From the NCBI GenBank assembly GCA_964016885.1, contig OZ024741.1, positions 343,728,001 to 343,792,000 on the forward strand: a DNA stretch of 64,000 nt, written 5' to 3'. Both the position numbers and the translations under genes were made by a program. This document shows positions 59,097-64,000 of this stretch, piece after piece; the stretch's first letter is position 1; each line of letters starts with the position of its first letter. The notes beneath the pieces were generated by a model. The model was not told the DNA's origin, did no database searches, and saw nothing but the letters and a program-made list of their open reading frames with translations. The stretch comes from Eledone cirrhosa. Taxonomy: Eukaryota.

Positions 59097-59339
59097 AGTG
59101 GGAGTGAAAAGGATTTGGAACTGCCATGAGGCAGATTGTCATAGGCACACTAGGTACTCTCTCAAAGAGTTTCCAAGGATGGTTAAAGAAAACTTGGAAC
59201 ACTTCCAAAGGCATGCTTGCTGGGAACAGCAAGAATACTTCCGATACGTCCTGAATATCTGAGGCTGCAGGTAGTGGCTTGATATTCATTTCAACAAACT
59301 TTCCAGTTAAATAACATCAATGACTGAGACTCAAAGAAC

Positions 59340-59340
<1 letters not shown>
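59097..59340 (+). mobile_element. Shorter, decayed Dong/R4 3' end in (TAA)n
   Basis: Matches 59533-59800 with deletions. Confidence 0.8.
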
Positions 59341-59401
<61 letters not shown>

Positions 59402-59403
<2 letters not shown>

Positions 59404-59800
59404 CAATAGACCTGACCTGGTGATTGTGGACAAAGAAAAAAGATCGTGTCTGATTGTGGATGTGGCCTGCCCATTCGACACGAGAGTGCAAGAGAAGGAG
59501 AGGGAGAAAATTAACCGATACCAGGACTTAAAGTGGGAGGTAAAAAGGATTTGGAAGCGCCATGAAGTCAAAGTGATCCCGATTGTCATAGGCGCACTGG
59601 GGACTATCTCCAAAAGTTTCCAGGGATGGTTAAAGAAAATCGGCCCCTTCACGCTTTTTGGAACGCTTCAAAAGGCATGCTTGCTGGGAATAGCAAGAAC
59701 CCTCCGATACGTCCTGAATATCTGAGGCTGCAGGTAGTGGCTTGATATTCATTCCAACGGACTTTCCAGTTAACCAACATCAATGACTGAGATTCAAGGA
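59402..59800 (+). mobile_element. Dong/R4 3' end with restriction-like endonuclease motif, in (TAA)n
   Basis: HNRPDLVIVDK..LIVDVACPFD....KEREKINRYQDL..IPIVIGALG..LQKACLLG. Confidence 0.88.
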
Positions 59801-60394
59801 ATAATAATAATAATAATAATGATGATAATGATGATAATAATGAAAATAATAATAATACAGTAAAGGATGATTTATTAATAAAATTACATATGATAAACGA
59901 TTCTAATATCATTCAAGAATTGTTCAAATCCATCAATAATTATCTTGGAGTTGACAGCATTCCAACGATCATATATGATTTCAGAAGTAGGTAATTGCGT
60001 CGTAGACTTCTCTAGCTATTCAGAAAAAGTAGGCAATGCGGCAATCGGTCACATCATTGAAAAAACGCTCAGATGATCAATTAAAAAAAGGAGTGGCCGA
60101 CAATATTGTGAAAATTCTTTGAGAAAATTACCCCATTTTCTCACTTGCGAGGAAAATTCTTGCAAAGATAGAGCTCTAACGACTACAAATATATCTGAGC
60201 AAAATCATTTTGAAAGGTTTAGATTCCGTGCGTCTAGGAGCAGTTATGCTATGTTTAATTTTGATGTCAATTTAGGAAAAGTTTATTGAGAAGCGAGTGC
60301 TGATTTCTGTTGTATTCATCGACTTTACAAAGACTTTAAAACACATCGACATTGTTATTCAGGGAGGGCGGCTTATAAACCATGCTCAAATGTG

Positions 60395-60437
<43 letters not shown>

Positions 60438-60740
60438 GTAAGTCCAAAGAATCATTAGATAAAATATATACAGTATTTCCTCTCCCAATCAGTATAAACC
60501 AACCACACAAAAAATCATTTAAACGAGCCTATAAGTTTAAAATGTACTTATGAAGAAATAATAGACAAATGATACAGATTCTTTTCCGCGATGTACAGCC
60601 ATATGACACTTACCTAATTATTTCTTCTAGCCTGTAGAAATTGACTAGACACGGAATTAGGTACAAAATCGAAGTTAAAAGAAAAGATGCACATAAATTT
60701 TACCAGAATGCTCATAGTCTCTACCAACCGTTTCTAATAT

Positions 60741-61158
60741 TAGGGCAGTAGATTCGCAGTATCGGTTGAGCGTCAGACACCATTCTTTGTAGCATAGAGT
60801 TATGGCCGTTTATGTTCTGAGTTAAAATCCCGCTGAGGTTAACTTTGCCTTTCATCCTTACGGGGTCGATAGAATAAAGTACCAGTAATATACTGCGATA
60901 ATTGCTGGCGTTTTGCCGAAAGTAGAAACAATTATTTCTAATATGAATTGTCAGTATCGGTAGATTGTTGGATTCCAGGATTTGCAACACAGAGTTACGG
61001 CCCTTTATGTTCTGAGTTCAAATCCCGCCGAGGTTAGCATTGACTTTCATCCTTACGAGGTCAATAGAATAAAGCACCAGTAATGCCCTGGTGTCGATTT
61101 AATCGACTTTCCCTTCCGGTTCAAATGTCTGGACTTGTGCCTCAAGTAGAAATCCTTA
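60741..61158 (+). mobile_element. Tandem pair of Meta-domain SINEs
   Basis: Two heads and two Meta domains; tttctaata occurs before, between and after the copies. Confidence 0.8.
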
Positions 61159-61447
61159 TTTCTAATAACACACCCTGTATAGAGTGCAGAATCCCTTCAT
61201 CAATCGAATGAGGAAACATGTCATAAAACTGTCTACAAAATGCAAAGATTTAGCTTCTCTATAGCTGACATATCAAAGTTTGATGAACCACCAATTACAC
61301 CTTGCAAAAACTATAAGGAGCAATTTCCGGCGTTTCCACACCTCCAAACAGGGGCTCCCGCAGCGCGGAGATGTGCCTAGTGTTTGATCTATTATGCTGA
61401 AATCGCAGTTGCATTGGGCCGAACGCTTGGTTCGTTCGTATTGATGG

Positions 61448-61504
<57 letters not shown>

Positions 61505-61516
61505 ACACACACACAA

Positions 61517-61572
<56 letters not shown>

Positions 61573-61584
61573 ACACACACACAA

Positions 61585-61619
<35 letters not shown>

Positions 61620-61784
61620 ATATCGAATATATAATATGTACATATAATATAAAATATATAACATAACATGATATAATATATACGTGTATGTCATGTGCAT
61701 CTGTATGTGTGTATATACATGCGTAGTACATTTTGTATGTGCTTCATTTGAACTATACAAATTATAGTCACTCTATGTTGTACT

Positions 61785-62095
61785 ACTAGTGCTTCATCTT
61801 ATCGACCTTGTAAGGATGAAAAGTAACGGTCCCTGCAGTTGCTTTTGAACTCCTAACATAAAGGGGCATAACTACATACCGCCAAGGCATTTTATCAGAA
61901 ACCTCTAGTGATTCGTCTTATTGTTACGTTACTTAAAGAAGAAGCCTAAAATGAGATCGTAGGCGGATTGTCGGAGTTATTAGAACGTCGGAAAGAACGC
62001 TTCAAAGTATTCATTTTGTCTCTCAACGTTCTTTTTTGACTTTTATACTTTCGTGGTTGATAAATACTGTATCAGTCCAGTACTGGGGTCGATTC
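61785..62095. mobile_element. Two diverged SINEs in opposite orientation
   Basis: ttatcgaccttgtaaggatgaaa on the minus strand; aggcggattgtcggagttattagaacgtcgg...tactggggtcgat on the plus strand. Confidence 0.6.
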
Positions 62096-63297
62096 TTCCT
62101 CTATATCTTTTTCTCTCTTTCGCTCTGTTTGTCTGTCTGTCTCTTTCTCTGACTCTCTCTTTTCTCTCTTACTCCCCCACCATCTCTCTCTCTCCTTCGG
62201 CTGTGTTTCCACTCGTAAAGGGGTGAGCACTGCCATGTTTAAATACCTATGAATGCCACATATTCCTAGGGTTCTCCGTTCCCCGTCGACACAAACATGA
62301 ATTAAGGGCTCATGAATACATACAGATAAAGGTTCGTATTCTGAGCTGCAATTGATTGTGTTCACATACTTTCTGAATTTAAATCGCATCGTCAGTAAAG
62401 TTCATCGATATAAGAAAAAAAAATGTAAGCTAGGTTTTTCCCTGCGTGTTGAAGTAAGATTATAACTTGTCTTTTGGAAATTGATATTGGTGTTTTCAAA
62501 TGTATGCAGTAAAACAATATGGTTCAAATTGAAACAAATCTAAACTCTAATAAAGTAAGGAGTGTGGGACTGCGTCCAGAATATATTTTTTTTATCCTGT
62601 TTGTAAAATAAGTACTTTGAATAAATAATTAATGAATATTTCATAATTTATCTACTAAATTTCGTTATTCTTGATTAAATATAAATAATTTTGTTGCTGA
62701 TTTTAAGATTCACTTCTTTAACATTTTCAAATGTCAAAACTTCCGGTTAGCGATCGCTTGAATAAACATTCATATATTTCCGTCACTAATTTTTCCTAAT
62801 GCAGTTTATATATAATATCGTCTTTTTTTAATGTATCATGGATTACGTTACTGATTACATAAGACAGTGTAACGCAGTCTTCGTTCTATTTCTGTGTATA
62901 TTGTCAATTACGATTTTATTTGATGTATTATATCTACATGCATATATATTTGCGTATAATATCAATATACACACTACACATGCTAGCAGAAAACCACCCG
63001 AAGGGTGGTTTTTCTGCCAGTACTTATAATATATATCCCTGTTTCTTTGCTAAATTCGAATAGTAGTAACTGTTCAAGTGAATAAAATCATGTCATCAAC
63101 ATTTCAAGGTCAATAGATTGCAACAAACAAATATCCAAGTGGAGTCGTAGGGGCGCTGTTGTGACATACATCGTTTTGAGGGCATTCTTTTTAAACCTGG
63201 CGGAGCTATCGCTTCTCCGTGCCTGAATATGTCTGATTTCCTCCAGTATAAAGAGAGAGGGAGTGATTAAGAGGAAGTGAGAAAGATATGTAGACGA

Positions 63298-63475
63298 AGA
63301 ATCGACCCCAGTATTGGACTGGTACTTTTTTTATCGACCTCAATAGGCCGAAAGGCAACGTAGACCTCAGCAGTATTGGAATTTAGAGCACAACCCCCTC
63401 CCCCCCCCCAAAAAAAAAACGAATACCACAAAGGTTTCTATTCGACATCCTAATGCCTCTGCCAATTCGAGGCCT
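63298..63475 (-). mobile_element. Diverged Meta-domain SINE
   Basis: atcgaccccagta..ctggtact..ttatcgacc..gaaaggcaa..gacctc. Confidence 0.65.
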
Positions 63476-64000
63476 TCTCCCTTCTACTTCCATATATATA
63501 CATGGCTTACTTCTTCTTTGGTGTCAAGTCATGTGACACTGAAAGTCGAGGTTACTACTACATTAGCCGATATCCATCGGAATGGTGTGGTGGATAGGTA
63601 ATCGAAACATTCTGTTCCAGTGAGGCTAATCTCCACTAAAAACAAGATTCTAGCAACTTGCGTAATGTTAACTAATTTCTGAGCACAGTAGTTCCATTCG
63701 AACTCCCACTAGCAGATGGAGTCTCAAAAACGAAAGCATTTGTTCGGGGACAAAACGTTTTTCTCATTAATTAATGATAAGGATGCACTCTAATTTCTTG
63801 GGTTTGTGATTATTAATACAGACTTAATTAAATTATTGAGTGAATGAAAACATGACCGAAGCTCTGTCAGTCATAATCGATAGTTTCGTTTCATTATATA
63901 TATATATATATAATATACGTCCAGAAATAGACGTCGAAACGGCTTGAGCTCTGCCGTCGGGGTCATACTTTTTCCTATATATATATATATATATATCTGA

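Overview
AT-rich, microsatellite-dense animal genomic DNA with no confidently identifiable host gene. The mix of Meta-domain tRNA-derived SINEs and long (TA)n/(CA)n tracts suggests an octopus-like cephalopod (inference). The window is almost entirely nested retroelements. These include several Penelope-like elements (PLEs): a Neptune-type RT+GIY-YIG copy at 40.3-44.6 kb and CxCx5Cx5C-linker copies at 3.9-6.4, 8.4-10, 15.2-24 and 20.1-22.8 kb. Also present are a CRE-clade LINE with an N-terminal PHD finger (46.6-49.9 kb), Dong/R4 LINE fragments, a ~610-bp non-coding repeat in four full copies, about a dozen SINEs, Helitron-like ends and a Tc1/mariner-type MITE. The most striking structure, found by reading the sequence by eye, is about 27 intact or degenerate type I hammerhead ribozyme (HHR) motifs. 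Most sit in short ORF-less fold-back elements with the layout (TA)n - inverted arm - direct arm + tail - (TA)n. Non-canonical cores recur in unrelated families (TTGANAA = U3-A8; CCGANGA = C4), two HHRs have long stem II inserts, and several elements carry an HHR on both strands. Nearly all ORFs in the supplied track are microsatellite translations. Coordinates and pairings were read manually and element ends are approximate.
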